Source of the DNA: Chrysomallon squamiferum
Lineage: Eukaryota > Animalia > Mollusca
NCBI GenBank assembly: GCA_012295275.1
Contig: CM022672.1
Location: 15,686,001-15,750,000, forward strand
Direction of reading: 5' to 3'
Length of the DNA stretch: 64,000 nt
In this document: positions 26,524 to 39,871 of the stretch, in pieces
Layout: the number at the start of each line of letters is the position of its first letter
Numbering within the stretch: position 1 is the stretch's first letter
Program-made: the position numbers and the translations under genes
The notes under the pieces: generated by a model
What the model was told of the DNA's origin: nothing
Seen by the model: the letters and a program-made list of their open reading frames with translations, nothing else
The model's database searches: none

Positions 26524-28329
26524 TATGTAATTTAATTTCTATGTTGCTAAGTGTATAAAGCCTTGAAATACATCTGCTGTAGCTTTTCTCATATAAATAA
26601 ATCAATAAAATTAATAATGTTGCACAGATTGATATTTGTAAGTAAACACATTCATCTCGACCAACTGATTTGGTTTTTACTAAAATATATAAAATGTGCC
26701 TTTTTTAATTATTTAATTTATTATTATTATTATTAGTAGTAGTAGTAGTAGTAGTAGTAGTAAATTAGTTTTTAATTCTAATTTCAATTTTACTGCTACT
26801 AATAATACAAGACCAACAACTACTACTACTATTATCATTATTATTGTTAATATCATTTTGTACTAAAACTTAAAATCACATCATTGCAATCGAATTAATA
26901 ATGAAAATAAAGCACAATCTCTGTTCAGGTTTGCAAAGATTGATTACTTCCCCTTTCTTTATATATAAATATATAATGAAATAACCAAAAAATCATATCA
27001 AATCAAATAATAAAATAATAATAATAATAATAATAATAAACATGTTTCTGAGTATTCTGTAACTAATTTACACATTTTAAAATGTGTTCAATGAAAAAGA
27101 CAAAAGCCTTCAAGCAAATTTGATCGTCACGCGCGTGCATCACATGATAGTCTTGGGAGAGACGCCATGAAAGAGATATTACCTTTTGTAAGTATGGTCG
27201 CTGTTTCGTTGTTATAAAATGTTAAATTTTAATAATTTAACTTCTCAGATTTACTTTTGTCTATAAAATAGCTGTTTTTAACATCGATTGGTTGGTTTTT
27301 GTAAATGTTTAAGTAATTAGCCAAAATTGATGTCTTGTTTACCGATGTAAATATGGACATGTATCATTCTGAAGACAGCAGTCGGGAGTACACTCATTTC
27401 GTTCTGGAATATTTTTGATAATCGTTTTTTGAATAGAACTGAAACTTCTTGGACGTTTATTTTTTACAATGTATATGTTTCTAACGTGTAAAGCGGAGAA
27501 TATGTTCGCTATGTATTAACATATTCCAAGTAGGTTTTCAGTGTTTGATGACAAAGTGACCAATTAAACAGATAAATGCTAGTTACTATTTCAGTGGAAG
27601 TTAGTAACAAGTCTGGTGTTTAACCGTTCATTGTTTTCTTAAAGTTAATTTCTTATCGACTGCTTTGTGAAATTTGCTTCTTTCAGGAGTTGAATTCTCT
27701 TGAAAACGTAACATCAAAAACAATTAACTAATAATAAGTAGTGTAGTAGTAGTAGTAGTGGTCGTGGTAATAATACAAATAATAATAATAACAGCAACAA
27801 CAACTGCAATTTAGTCAACATTTACATCGAGTAAAGAACTAAACTCATTTATACCTCAGTTGTTATTTACACTTTTATTTAAATCTCTCACAATAAAACT
27901 GTATTTTGTTTTTTAATTCAAGGGAAACTGAAAAACATTACACTTTTGAAACAGTCTGTGTATAAATTGGAGAATAAAAAACAAAAGTTCATGTATATAA
28001 AATCATAATATTTTCAGTGAAATATTAAATTTTCAATAATATATATATATATATATATAAAAACACACACACACACACATATATATACAGATTATATAAC
28101 GTTCAGGGAGCTTGCTAATCAGGAATGTGTTTTCATTTTCTTTAGAGTTGCCGGTATTTGGGTTGTTAGTGTATTATATGCATTTTAATGTTGTCGTAAG
28201 ATTCTTAATAATGTTCTGCTTTATAATCCGTAGGAGAGGAAGGGAAAAGACTACCAGGAGAGGAAGACATAAGCTAAATGGTTAGCAAGAATGTCCTTAG
28301 GATTTTTTTGAAGAAATTAATAAAATGTA

Positions 28330-28773
28330 TGTGAAAAAATAAAATCTACATGGCCCAACAACAAAGATAGGACAGGCGTATCAAGCTATAAGAACTGAGA
28401 AAAGAAGAAAACGTGAGTCAGGTTGAGAAGCTCCAGGCAAAGAAGACCAGGTACAGCAACAGATTGAAGGAAAAACTGAAAAATTTAGACATGGACAGCC
28501 TCTGTGGAATTTTCAGTTCTCTCTGATTACAAATTGGAAAAGATAACCGAACGTTTATCTGGGAATTCAGGCGGTAGTATCATATGGCATACATGGATTG
28601 AGGATGGTGAAAGAACAATATATAATGGAATGATAGAGAAGATTACATACAAGGGGAAGAAATATGTTGCAGCCTGCTGGGGTACAAATGAATCGTATGC
28701 AGATACAGCAGACCACTGTATGAACATTCATGCTCTTTCTGCTGATCTAACTGAGGTTGATCTGACGGTTTAA
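28330..28773 (+). pseudogene. Decayed coding remnant, probably the C-terminal beta-rich domain of a DNA transposase
   Basis: Basic helical stretch EKLQAKKTRYSNRLKEKLK, then a frameshift, then IIWHTWIEDGERTIYNGMIEK...YVAACW....LSADL. The family call is by resemblance only. Confidence 0.45.
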
Positions 28774-31009
28774 TATTTAGTTTTATGAACTCTAGTAGTT
28801 TTGGATTTATATCCCATTTGAAATTTCGAGTAGACACTTCATTTTTATTTCATAACAATTTGCATAACGTTCACCATTTCTGGATGGAAGTTTTGATGAT
28901 TTCGGTTTTAGTTTTATTTAAATCTTTAAGAGATTTTCATTCGGTGGAACATATAATATTTATTGTTATGAACAGCGGCATGCACAGGTTTTGTGAATTC
29001 TGTTGGAAAAATAAGTTAGACTTTTTGGTTTATCTTTCCTTCTCTGCAAGTGTTCTGCTAAGATAAAATTGTATTTGACCACAAGTCTGATTATTCTTTA
29101 AGTTTACTGCATTTCATTAATTGTTTCCTCAATGTTAGAAAAAAAAAAAACATATTTCTTTGTTTTGCACCTTGAGTTCCAAAACTTTGAGAAAACAGGG
29201 TTAGGTAGTTTCAACAACACTTAATTAGATTTTGACAATTATTTGTTGTTTTATGGTTTGAAGAACAGTAAATCTGCCACTGTTGCAATCTTTGATGAAT
29301 TTTTTTATTTTTTTTTATTTTTTATTTTTTTAATATCCTAACATGTTAGAATTTCAAATGCATTTCACTTTGGTTACATTGCATTTGAAGGTAGATAAAT
29401 AACATGGTTGCCCATTTAACACACAAACACACAAAAAAATCACTTTGAAGTAAAACTATGAGCCAGTGCAAAAACTGAACTAGTGTTGTTAACAATTTGT
29501 CGACATCTTTCAAATAACATTTTTGATATAATATTGTGATGTGTATGTATATATGTGTGCATTTTAATTTTGTTATTATACATTTGTAATACATGAAAAT
29601 AAAGTGATTGTCATTATTATCGTTATTGTCATGTATTATATATGTGTTACTTAAAAAGACTACAAGCATTCGATGTTTAACAGTAATCGTTTGTTTAACA
29701 ATACATAAACTCAGATAATCCTTTGAGTCTGCTCCAGAAAGGTGTTGCCGGTGTTGATTAGGAGCAATACAATGTGTATGTAAATCATGAGACTAAAGAC
29801 AGTTAAAGGCACAGCTGTGATAAGTGTCATTTGGAAGCAGACAAAAGAATTTTCTTGGCTTTGGGTTTGTACTACTTGTGATTTGACACCAAACAAAAGT
29901 TACCTATCACATCACCATTGTTAATGTTTTCTCCGATGGAGCAAATCAACACTTGAAACAAAAATAGCCTATGTTTTAAATCTGAAAACTTGATGGTTTT
30001 ACGATAAAAAAGTGATACTGGTACTTAGATTCACAGAATACACTGCACTGTTTTGTAGCACAGTTTGTTATGTTTACGATTTTTAATTCGCCATTTACCT
30101 TAAAATCAAAACACGAGTTAATTCGTATATTTCTGAACGTATTCATATTATAATTTACATACAGTAGCAACCAGAACACAGGAGAAAACCCTGCATCCTA
30201 CAAGTTATTAAAAAAATATAAACAACACGGAAACATAATCATTTTAAATAGCGACAGTTTTTTTTAGTTGAACATAAAATATACGGCGATTCGGCCCGGA
30301 TTGAGGGATAGGAAACAATTTACAGCGATTTCGCTACGCACGTGCTATTTATGTTATGTAAACTGTACTATACACTAAAAGTAGGAACATTGAAGAAAAA
30401 GTAGTTAAAATATAAAAAACATACAAATATAAACGGAGCTAGACCTTTCTAGTTGTATTGTTTTTTATGGTATGGTCATATGGGATGAAAAATCTTTCAT
30501 ACAGCATTCGTGTTATTTTATTGCTTTAAACAATAGATAGAAAATTTCAAAATTTGTAACAGTCAGCCAGGGAACAATCATAGTGATGTCGTCAGATACA
30601 AAAAGCATGGACCAACAGGAACAGTAACTCGTAACGGCACAAACCGGTGTCTGCTCAGAAAATGGCTCCAGATTTCTACAATTTAATGGTTACAAACTAC
30701 GCCTGAATGTTCCTTTCTCACTGGTTCTGACACGAGAAACACTGCCAATTAGAAAAATTAATACATTAATATTATAAAAAAAATGTATAATTTCAGTTTA
30801 TTATGCATGCATTTGCACAATATTAATCCAGTTTGAAAAGTTTGATTAAGTTGAAAACGTAGTTAGAAAAGGTGTTGTACATCTTGGTTTAGTAACAACC
30901 ATCCTTACCTTTATTAGTGTAAATCATAAAAAAAGAAAGAAAAGAAAATGGACGTAAAATATTTGAATTTGATAGTTTTAAAACCCCTATGTGACGCTTT
31001 CCGTCTCTA

Positions 31010-31973
31010 TCTGAACTTTCCAAAGGATTGGCCTTTATATAAGTGGTTGACAGTAGGCCAAATTTATGGCATTGTAACATGACTGAATATCAGTGGTATG
31101 TCTAACGAATGCTCAGTGGCCGAGGATTGAGTTTTTCCATGCGTCTTAATAAATGACAGTAAAAGGAAGAGGTTTCAGCAAAACGTTGTCAATATTAATT
31201 AAATGTACTGAGTTACCATTAAACAAATATTCACTCACAACTTCACAAAAAGAATTTTTTTTTTTTTAAACTGTATTGTATACATAATTGTGATTATTTT
31301 TAAAGTTCACTGGCAACTGTTTTAGCTATTCAGATATTTTAAAATTAATCTTTTTCTTTTTTCTTGTCTTTCGTAAACTGATAAGTTATTTTGTCGTATA
31401 AAAAATGTTAACTATAAATTTTATATCATATTTATATTCAGTAGTTACTGAATTCTGATCTGCTTTAAACTGATTGTTATAAGCTCGAGGTATTTGCAAC
31501 GAATCTGACAAACTAAGCTAATAATGAACTGTCCTTTCCATTTATTATATATTGTTACCTATATGTTCTGCACAACTGATAATATAATTAGGACTATTAG
31601 AAAACAAATCTTTTCTAAAATTAATTGTTTTATTAAGCGATTTTTTAATTGAATGGCGCCCCCAGTTTTCTAAGAGATACATTTTATTTAATCATAGTGC
31701 ATCTGCCTACGGGCGCCACTAAGTTTTTGTATTTTACTGCATAATCTATCCTCGATATGGGAAAGTAAACAAATTGCAAAGACATATGTAGTCGTCTTCC
31801 AAGTCGAAAGTCGAATACATGTAAAGACGAAAACTATATTTAGTCAAAACTAATTCAACTTCGAGGCAAAAGATTAAGTCTACATCAGAAAGATATTGAT
31901 TTAAAAAGAGCATTTTGCTGAAACAGAAACGCATTTTTACTTTTACACAAGTAAGTCAAAGGGGTGAAAAAGC
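31010..31973. repeat. Left arm of a ~950-bp inverted duplication
   Basis: Reverse complement of 34817..35757 along its whole length apart from scattered substitutions and a few short indels. Confidence 0.93.
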
Positions 31974-34816
31974 CTATGTTAATTATATATATATATCAAA
32001 TAATGAACATAGGCAAATAATTAAAATTTTCAGATTTATTAATCCTGAAATCAGAAAGCTTCTAAGTTTTTATTTCATACAGATAATTACAAATAAATAA
32101 AAAATGCTTGACTAATACTGATAAAAACAATTCATTCACTGGCATTTTCGCAAGTCAGCGTTACTTCAGATGGAATGAAAAAACATATATTACACTTGCG
32201 TACTGCCTATGTTTCATTTATCTCCAGTCATCTTTGTGAAATGAAACCCTGTCAACTAATAGTACTACTGATAACAATTTTAAATATTCAATTAATAACA
32301 AAATCCCCAAAAAAAAAAAAAAAAAGAAAGAAAAAAAGAAAACAAATAATTTAAAAAATATAATACAAAATAAATACGAAGAAGTAGTTAAACAAAAATT
32401 ATATAAATAAATAAAATATTAAAGTGATAATTACAAATAGGTTTTGTAGCTCTGAATATTTGGAAGATGAACTGATTTCGTTTAGTATATCCTCCATAAG
32501 ACACCAACCATCCATATTTATTTTGGGGCTAAGTGGTTCACCAACTGAACTGTAATTATCAGATACAAAACGCTCAGATTTATAATAATGATTTCCAACA
32601 TTAAAATGATTAACTAGTAATAATGGCATAAACTCAATTATACAATTATTAAAACTGATAATTAAATAATAAATTATAGAAATATTTGTAAAAATCATAT
32701 GAATATTTAAAATATTTATAAATTAATTGTTTTACAATTTTAAATAAAAACTGAGATCTGTATGTAAGGAAATGTCACTAAAATCAAATAATGAAATAGT
32801 CCTTAAATATTTGTAATGTTGCTCAAATCATCTGAAATTAATTTTCCTCGAAAAATTATAATTTTCTACCTACCATAAATGATAAATATTTTAGAACTGA
32901 AAGCAATTTGTTGTTATAGAGATAACGTCACGATGTTTGTAAAACCATTACTTTCGGCTTTAATCGGAACTCGTCGGCAAAAACTAAATTCGCTCTGCTA
33001 GTACTCATATTAATAATTGTACTGCTATATCTACTACCTCTACTACTGCTACTACTGATATTTATGTAATTATTTTATTTTTTTCACACACATTAATAAT
33101 ATAAACTGTAAAGAATCTACCTATAGTCTGTAATCATTATAAAAACCGAAAACCTCTACATAACATTTTAACACGTGGTTTACTTATTTCTGTTTCTTTA
33201 TTGCTTTAGTGTTTTATTTAATGCTTATTTGATTTTTATAATTAATATAATAATAACAACTCGATATAGTCACCAGGTACATCTCATCCCAATGAACAAA
33301 AATGGTTGTAACTAGAAAATCCCAACACTCATATTATAAGAAATCCCTCTTTTCAACCTGTCATCACTGTTAAAGCAAAATTGCATATAGGTACCCGCCC
33401 AGACATACATAAACACGCAAACGCAAACACAAACACACACACACGAACACGAACATATGTACATGGAAACAGTCATATAGCTTATCTACATATACATACT
33501 TGTATATACATACATACGTTTATTTGAATTGTCTTTTGAATATATTTTTTGAGAACCTGTTTGAATGTAAGAATGGACTTCATTAAGCAAATATTAAAAC
33601 AAAGAGTAGACTGAATAAGGAAATTCGTACTGAGTGACCTACTGTGTTATTATTGATTATGTATGTAATATAATTTGAACCAAGTTTAAAACATAACAAG
33701 CTTAAGTTTTCCTACTAATTAAACACTTGTTCCATCATCAGTTCAAATATTCTTTCCAAGGCATTGCCACAACCACTGAAAAACACTCACAAATAAGCCT
33801 GTTTTTAGATCAAAGCAATTGTTGAGAAACATAAATCACGTTACTGTAGATATTTCGCATTTTCGGCCATCAAAAATGAATAAACTTGCCAAAACCATCA
33901 CAGACTTTGTGCTTAATGTCTCCAACACAGTATGTAGCTAACACTGCGTCGAGAAGTAATATGCCTAAATAAACTTGATATTAACCAAGGTGATATTATT
34001 TGATATTAACACAGTCAGACAATCTGTACGTAACCGGCTCCGATATCATTTAAACTCAGATTTAATCATTTAAATTGACAAACAAAAACCTTCAAACAGA
34101 ATTCATCAGATTCTGGTTGCGGAGAATAGGTCTGATCAGTCGCTTTCTGACTCGGCAGTGACTTAACGCGAAGTTCGGCTGGTGAAGTCTCTGTGACGTC
34201 TGGTGAGTGATCGTATAGTTGCTTTAAAGTTCTAGTGGGATATTCTTTCTTTCCGATGAAATCATTTGGAAATAGTCAAGCTACTTTCCATAAGCTTTTC
34301 GTGAAGGTCTCCTACCGCTTTCGCATGGAAAACACTTTTATATGGATGAAACTAAGATACTGAACGTTTGTTTATTTGTGTGAAGAAAGCTCCGTAGTCG
34401 TAGATCCATAACGAGATGGCGAATACTCTAAAGCACTTCTAATTGAGATTTTTTTTTTTTTTTTTTTTTTGCTCTACGAGGTCAAATTCGTTCAATAAAT
34501 ACAAAGCAATACTTCAGATACACCATTCATGCAGTTTTTATTTAGATGGGACCTCAGAGAATAAATTAATCACTGAACAGTCAGCAAAATTTTGTCAAAA
34601 CAGCAAAGCGTACCACAAATACACGTGCTTTATAGTACTTGAGTAAACTCCTGAGAACATGGATATTATAGATTTTTTTTTTTTTTAATTTCTTTTAATT
34701 TAAACATTTACAGATTGTTTATAAGTTCAAAATATGATTTTGCTTATCTTCCTGATTATAATTTGGATTCATGTTTTTAACTTAATTATTAAAAAAAAAA
34801 AAAAAAAAATGGTTTA

Positions 34817-35757
34817 GCTTTTTCACCCCTTTGACTTACTTATGTAAAAGTAAAAATACGTTTCTGTTTCAGCAAAATGCTCTTTTTAAATCAATATCTT
34901 TCTGATGTAGACTTAATCTTTTGAAGTTGAATCAGTTTTGACGAAATATAGTTTTCGTCTTTACATATGGAAGACGACTACATATGTCTTTGCAATTTGT
35001 TTACTTTCCCATATCGAGGATAGATTATGCAGTAAAATAGAAAAACTTAGTGGCGCCCGTAGGCAGATGCACTATGATTAAATAAAATGTATCTCTTAGA
35101 AAACTGGGGGCGCCATTCTCTTCAAAAATCGCTTAATAAAACAATTAATTTTAGAAAAGATTTGTTTTCTAATAGTCCTAATTATATTATCAGTTGTGCA
35201 GAACATACGGGTAACAATATATAATAAATGGAAAGGACAGTTCATTATTAGCTTAGTTTGTCAGATTCGTTGCAAATACCTCGAGCTTATAACAATCAGT
35301 TTAAAGCAGATCAGAATTCAGTAACTACTGAATATAAATATGGTATAAATGCTGCTATGATTTATCCGTAAAATAACTTATCAGTTTACGAAAGAAAGAA
35401 AGAAAGAAAAAGATTAATTTAAAAATATTTGAATAGCTAAAACAGTTGCCAGTGAACTTTAAAAATAATCATAATTATGTATACAATATAGTTTAAAAAA
35501 AAAAAAAATTCTTTCTTTTTGTGAAGTTGTGAGTGAACATTTGTTTAATGGTAACTCAGTACATTTAATTAATATTGACAACGTTTTCCTGAAACCTCCT
35601 CCTTTTACTGTCATTTATTAAGACGCATGGAAAAACTCAATCCTCGGCCACTGAGCATTCGTTAGACATACCACTGATATTCAGTCATGTTACAATGCCA
35701 TAAATTTGGCCTACTGTCAACCACTTATATAAAGGCCAATCCTTTGGAAAGTACAGA
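34817..35757. repeat. Right arm of the inverted duplication; contains the likely gene B core promoter
   Basis: Matches 31010..31973 in reverse. TATATAAA at 35726..35733. Confidence 0.93.
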
Positions 35758-35892
35758 CGTGCCATTAGTGGTTACAGTTTATGCCTATAAAGCGCGTTTC
35801 ATTCTCGAAGGGAAATAACTCTATATGAAATATATCGCGCAAATTGTTGTCTGACGACGCCTCTTGCCATTCGATTTTCTTTCTTTCTGGAG
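35758..35892 (+). other. Putative non-coding first exon of gene B
   Basis: Begins ~25 bp after TATATAAA and ends at GGAG|gtaatt (35892). The next acceptor is tttctgtttcag at 36780, 6 nt before the ATG. Confidence 0.5.
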
Positions 35893-36015
35893 GTAATTGT
35901 TGTTTTAAATGATATCTTTAAACGAGTAATGTTAACTGGCTTTAAAAATCAAAAGCGATTTGGATCAGTTACAGATAGAAGTATTCTATGGTAAAATGTA
36001 ACCACTGACAGTAAT

Positions 36016-36025
36016 CAAAATGGCG
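36016..36025 (+). promoter_or_regulatory. YY1-type motif CAAAATGGCG in the first intron of gene B
   Basis: 124 bp downstream of the putative exon-1 donor. Confidence 0.45.
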
Positions 36026-36786
36026 CAGGCTCTAACATTGGAATGCGTAAATAGAGGCCCCATTTAGGTGGATAGCGTAAATAAAATACAGATACCTATT
36101 TGACATTTGTTTTTAAACCTAATTATTGTTTAATCAGTAATACAATTATATTTTACCATAACGACGTACATATGCAAACGCATTCATTAAATTAAATATA
36201 ATAATTAATCAAAATTTAAATTTATGAAACCATGGAAATGCTTTGTATTCTAGTATTTGTATTTTGTATTTGAAAAGGACATTTTGAAACAGATTTCTCT
36301 ATTTATTTTTATCATCTAATTTAAACAATTTATGAATTTTAATGTTTTATACATCTGTTGTATGTTGTTGTTCCGAGATCACAACCTGTGGCATTAAAAA
36401 AAGCACATTACAGTTGGTTAGTTTGTTTACGTAACAGTGTTATTCACTTAAGGTAATGAGTAATTATACATCTGAGAAATATTTCCCCACAATCTGTGCA
36501 ACTTACAAATAATCCTACCCCTATCACTAACTTCATCACAACCCAAACCATAACTAATCACAGGTATAACCAAAAGAAAACCCTAACTCTAACCATAATC
36601 CTAACCCTGATATTGTTCTCTAAAATTTAAATCATAACTCTCACCCTATATCTGAAGTTGCTATTATGATTATGCTGTTGTATGTTCAAAATGTTAAAAC
36701 ATTTGTGCATGATATGTTATCTTTATTCGATTTATAATAATAAATGATATTAAGTATGGATTATTGTATTTCTGTTTCAGGAGACA

Positions 36787-37255
36787 ATGGACAAACAATA
36801 TTCTGTGAAATTTTTTGCCTCCCTCATAGAAAGTATACAGAAAGTGTGCAGAGATTATCTTGACTTTGAACAGGCAGTAGACATCAGTGGCTACCTGTGT
36901 GTTGAGATAGACAGCTATCGGAAAGAGAGATATGTTCTTAGTGAACTTATTCAAAACACAGGAGACATTGTCAGTGAAAGCTACTGCACGAAAGCTTTTA
37001 AAACATTGAAAAAGTTTCCCAGTGATGTTGGAGGAATTGAAAACAGTGAACTCACACGGTTGTCAGCATCAGCAGAGACCTCAAACATCAGCAGGATAAA
37101 CTCGCGTAGATGTGAATCTTCCAGCAGAACATCTGGATACAATACAAGCAACACAGAGTCTGGTTTCTGTACTAATCAAAGGAATCCTTATAAGTTGTTA
37201 CCACCAGGCCTAAAAAGAACGATACCGTGGCAGAATCGGTCATCACCAAAAAGAG
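36787..37255 (+). CDS. Gene B constant coding exon 1 (conserved uncharacterised N-terminal domain plus linker)
   Basis: ORF 36787... Acceptor at 36780. Donor AAGAG|gtatat after 37255 (phase 1), at the same KR-G position as in gene A. Confidence 0.88.
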
Positions 37256-37545
37256 GTATATCTTCACTTTAGACTAAATTATTATTTTTTAAATCATGTA
37301 AAAAAAGAAATAAACCAGTGAATTGGATATTTGTTCTGGAAATTTGTACTTAAAATAGAAGATTTTTAATTTGTTTTGTTATTGTGGGGTTTTTTAATTG
37401 AAAAAAAAAAAAAGAACATTTCAAAAGAATCTTATTTGAATTAATCTCTTAAATGTAATATACATCCATTTTTATTTAATATTTACAAGAATATGTTCAC
37501 AATATAGTGGTGCAAAAGAATTCATTTCTAAAAAATTTATTTCAG

Positions 37546-37976
37546 AGAGAAATGAATCATACAGAATCAGCCAGGAAAATAGTGAAGACTATTCCAATGT
37601 TCATCATTCCGGCAGCAATAATTATTTACCCGAGCCAGCTTCTGACAGTATTGTGCTACCTGTAAATACACTGGATAACACCAGTTCATCAGCATCAGTT
37701 GCAGAAAACAGTACTTGTAACACTGTTCCCAGTGTGAATGAAACTATTCGCTTACCTCTCAATGTCAAAGTTAAAGAAGAGAATGATAGTTCTTTTATGG
37801 ATGAGCAGGGTTATGAAAATACTAGGATGTACAGTGATAAAAATTCACAAAATTCATATATTCATGCACAGACTGAAAACAACGAAACATTGCCAACGTC
37901 ATCATCATTATCGCCAGGGGACCAAGAAAATGCTCACACTGCCAGAAAGATGAAAGGTCATGTGAAACTGTTTCAG
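37546..37976 (+). CDS. Gene B constant coding exon 2 (S/N/E-rich linker, VKEE motif)
   Basis: Acceptor tttatttcag|AG (phase 1), open and in frame with ORF 37653... Donor TTTCAG|gtaatt after 37976 (phase 0). The constant region totals 300 aa. Confidence 0.85.
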
Positions 37977-39047
37977 GTAATTATACATTCAAAACAAATA
38001 ATAGATAATTTTTAGTAATGGTTATAATGAATAAGTATCCAGACAGCATAGATACCTTTGGGGAAAAATAATGTAGCTGGTACAAAACCATTGCCTTGTT
38101 TTTCCAGCTAAGAGAGTGAAAATGTGTCATTTTTTTATTAAACAGAAATAATAATAACATACAATTTTGACTGAGTTACGGTACAAGAATGCAGGGTGGA
38201 TATTTCTTCTCGCCCCACTGTTTTTTGAAGGAGTTAGTTGGTTTATGTTGAAAGAATATGTGTAAATACAAACATGTTCATCAAACTATTGCTTGAAAGA
38301 GGAGAATTCTAAAAGACTTCATTACTTACACTTTTATAAGTATAACATAAATATGTTTGGTTTGAGTAAATCATGGTATGGAATTCTGTACTTATTATTA
38401 AACAGTAAATGTTCTATAGTCATTAATACCCCAAAAATAAATTGAATTTCAATGACAATTTTAGGAGATGTTTAAAAATAAAATATTAACACATATTTAA
38501 ATAAATAGTAATATTTTCTAAGACTTTTACTCTTAGGAATTAACTATATTACATGCTAATGGCAAAATAATTAATAAAATTTGTATTGGTTTATTCACAT
38601 CTTATTGCATGTATGTATGTGCGCACACTATGATATTCGAAGATATTCTTTGCTAATATAAAAAATAAATGTATTAAATTTTTGGTCATTGTAAGTTAAC
38701 AAACAGGTTAAAGCTTGAACTTGAATAAGCTAATTATGCCTCATGAATACAATAAATTGAAAAATTGAATATGGAGTCATGTACAAAATAACATGCATTA
38801 TTCACTGCTCATTATTAATAGATTCCATTTTAGCATTTTAGCATTTTATTACGGCTTTAAAAGTATATTCACTATGGAATTAGAATTAAAAGCTTAATTT
38901 AATACTGTCTGCAGAAACATTTTTCTTCAGCATTAGAACATTTAAATACATTTTTTATCCTGTCTATATTCCAGGAATATAATAATAGTACTGGTACTTT
39001 TCTGAAAACAAAAACTTGATAGATATCATTTGTAGTTTATTTTAACT

Positions 39048-39048
<1 letters not shown>

Positions 39049-39092
<44 letters not shown>
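39049..39092. repeat. (CT)n microsatellite
   Basis: Seen directly. A (TG)n tract also lies at about 39823-39856. Confidence 0.9.
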
Positions 39093-39104
<12 letters not shown>

Positions 39105-39820
39105 CAAAATAACAACAATAATGAAAAGATTTAATACCAGTCTGTAATATTGGAGTAAGCTGATTTCAGTGTGTTTGTGTGTGTTAATAGTTTCTGATGT
39201 ACATATTGGAAAGTTAATAGCATACTAAATGAAGATACACTTCATTTTAAATTAAACTGCATATTTTGTTTGGTTGTTTACTTCACAAAGTAAACAAAAT
39301 ATAGATATATTTATTATATTCTAGTGTTTCCAAATTACCTTGTGAGTGAAATGACTTGTATAATAATATTAAACATATTTTCAAACTGAATATACAGAAA
39401 CACACACAGTTCCCAAATGATTATTTATAATTACATACAATATTAATCTTTTCTTTTTTTATTAATAAAACACTAGATTATTATTTAAATATGAAGATAT
39501 ATCAAGACTTAAAAAGAAACCATTTTAAAAATAGAATGTATTATTTTACCAATACTTTTAAGTATTTGGGATGTGACTGTGATTGTACTTAAGGGATACA
39601 CGAAAGTCACCTGACCAGTTTTATCAATGATCATGGTTTGGGTTTTCTGTCAACATTAATCAAAGCTCTTAAGTTTAAACTGTATTAGTAACTCGGAGGG
39701 ATTAATTTGGGGATTTTTATAGACGGGAATTCATATGCCTTTAAATGTAAAACAACACATCACAAATCCAAATACTCTATGAGGAGGGTATAAATGAACA
39801 ATTTTAGCACTACTGTAATT

Positions 39821-39871
<51 letters not shown>

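Noticed and set aside
36510-36650. Telomere-like CCCTAA tract
   Set aside because: Too short and degenerate to call an interstitial telomere or a defined element.
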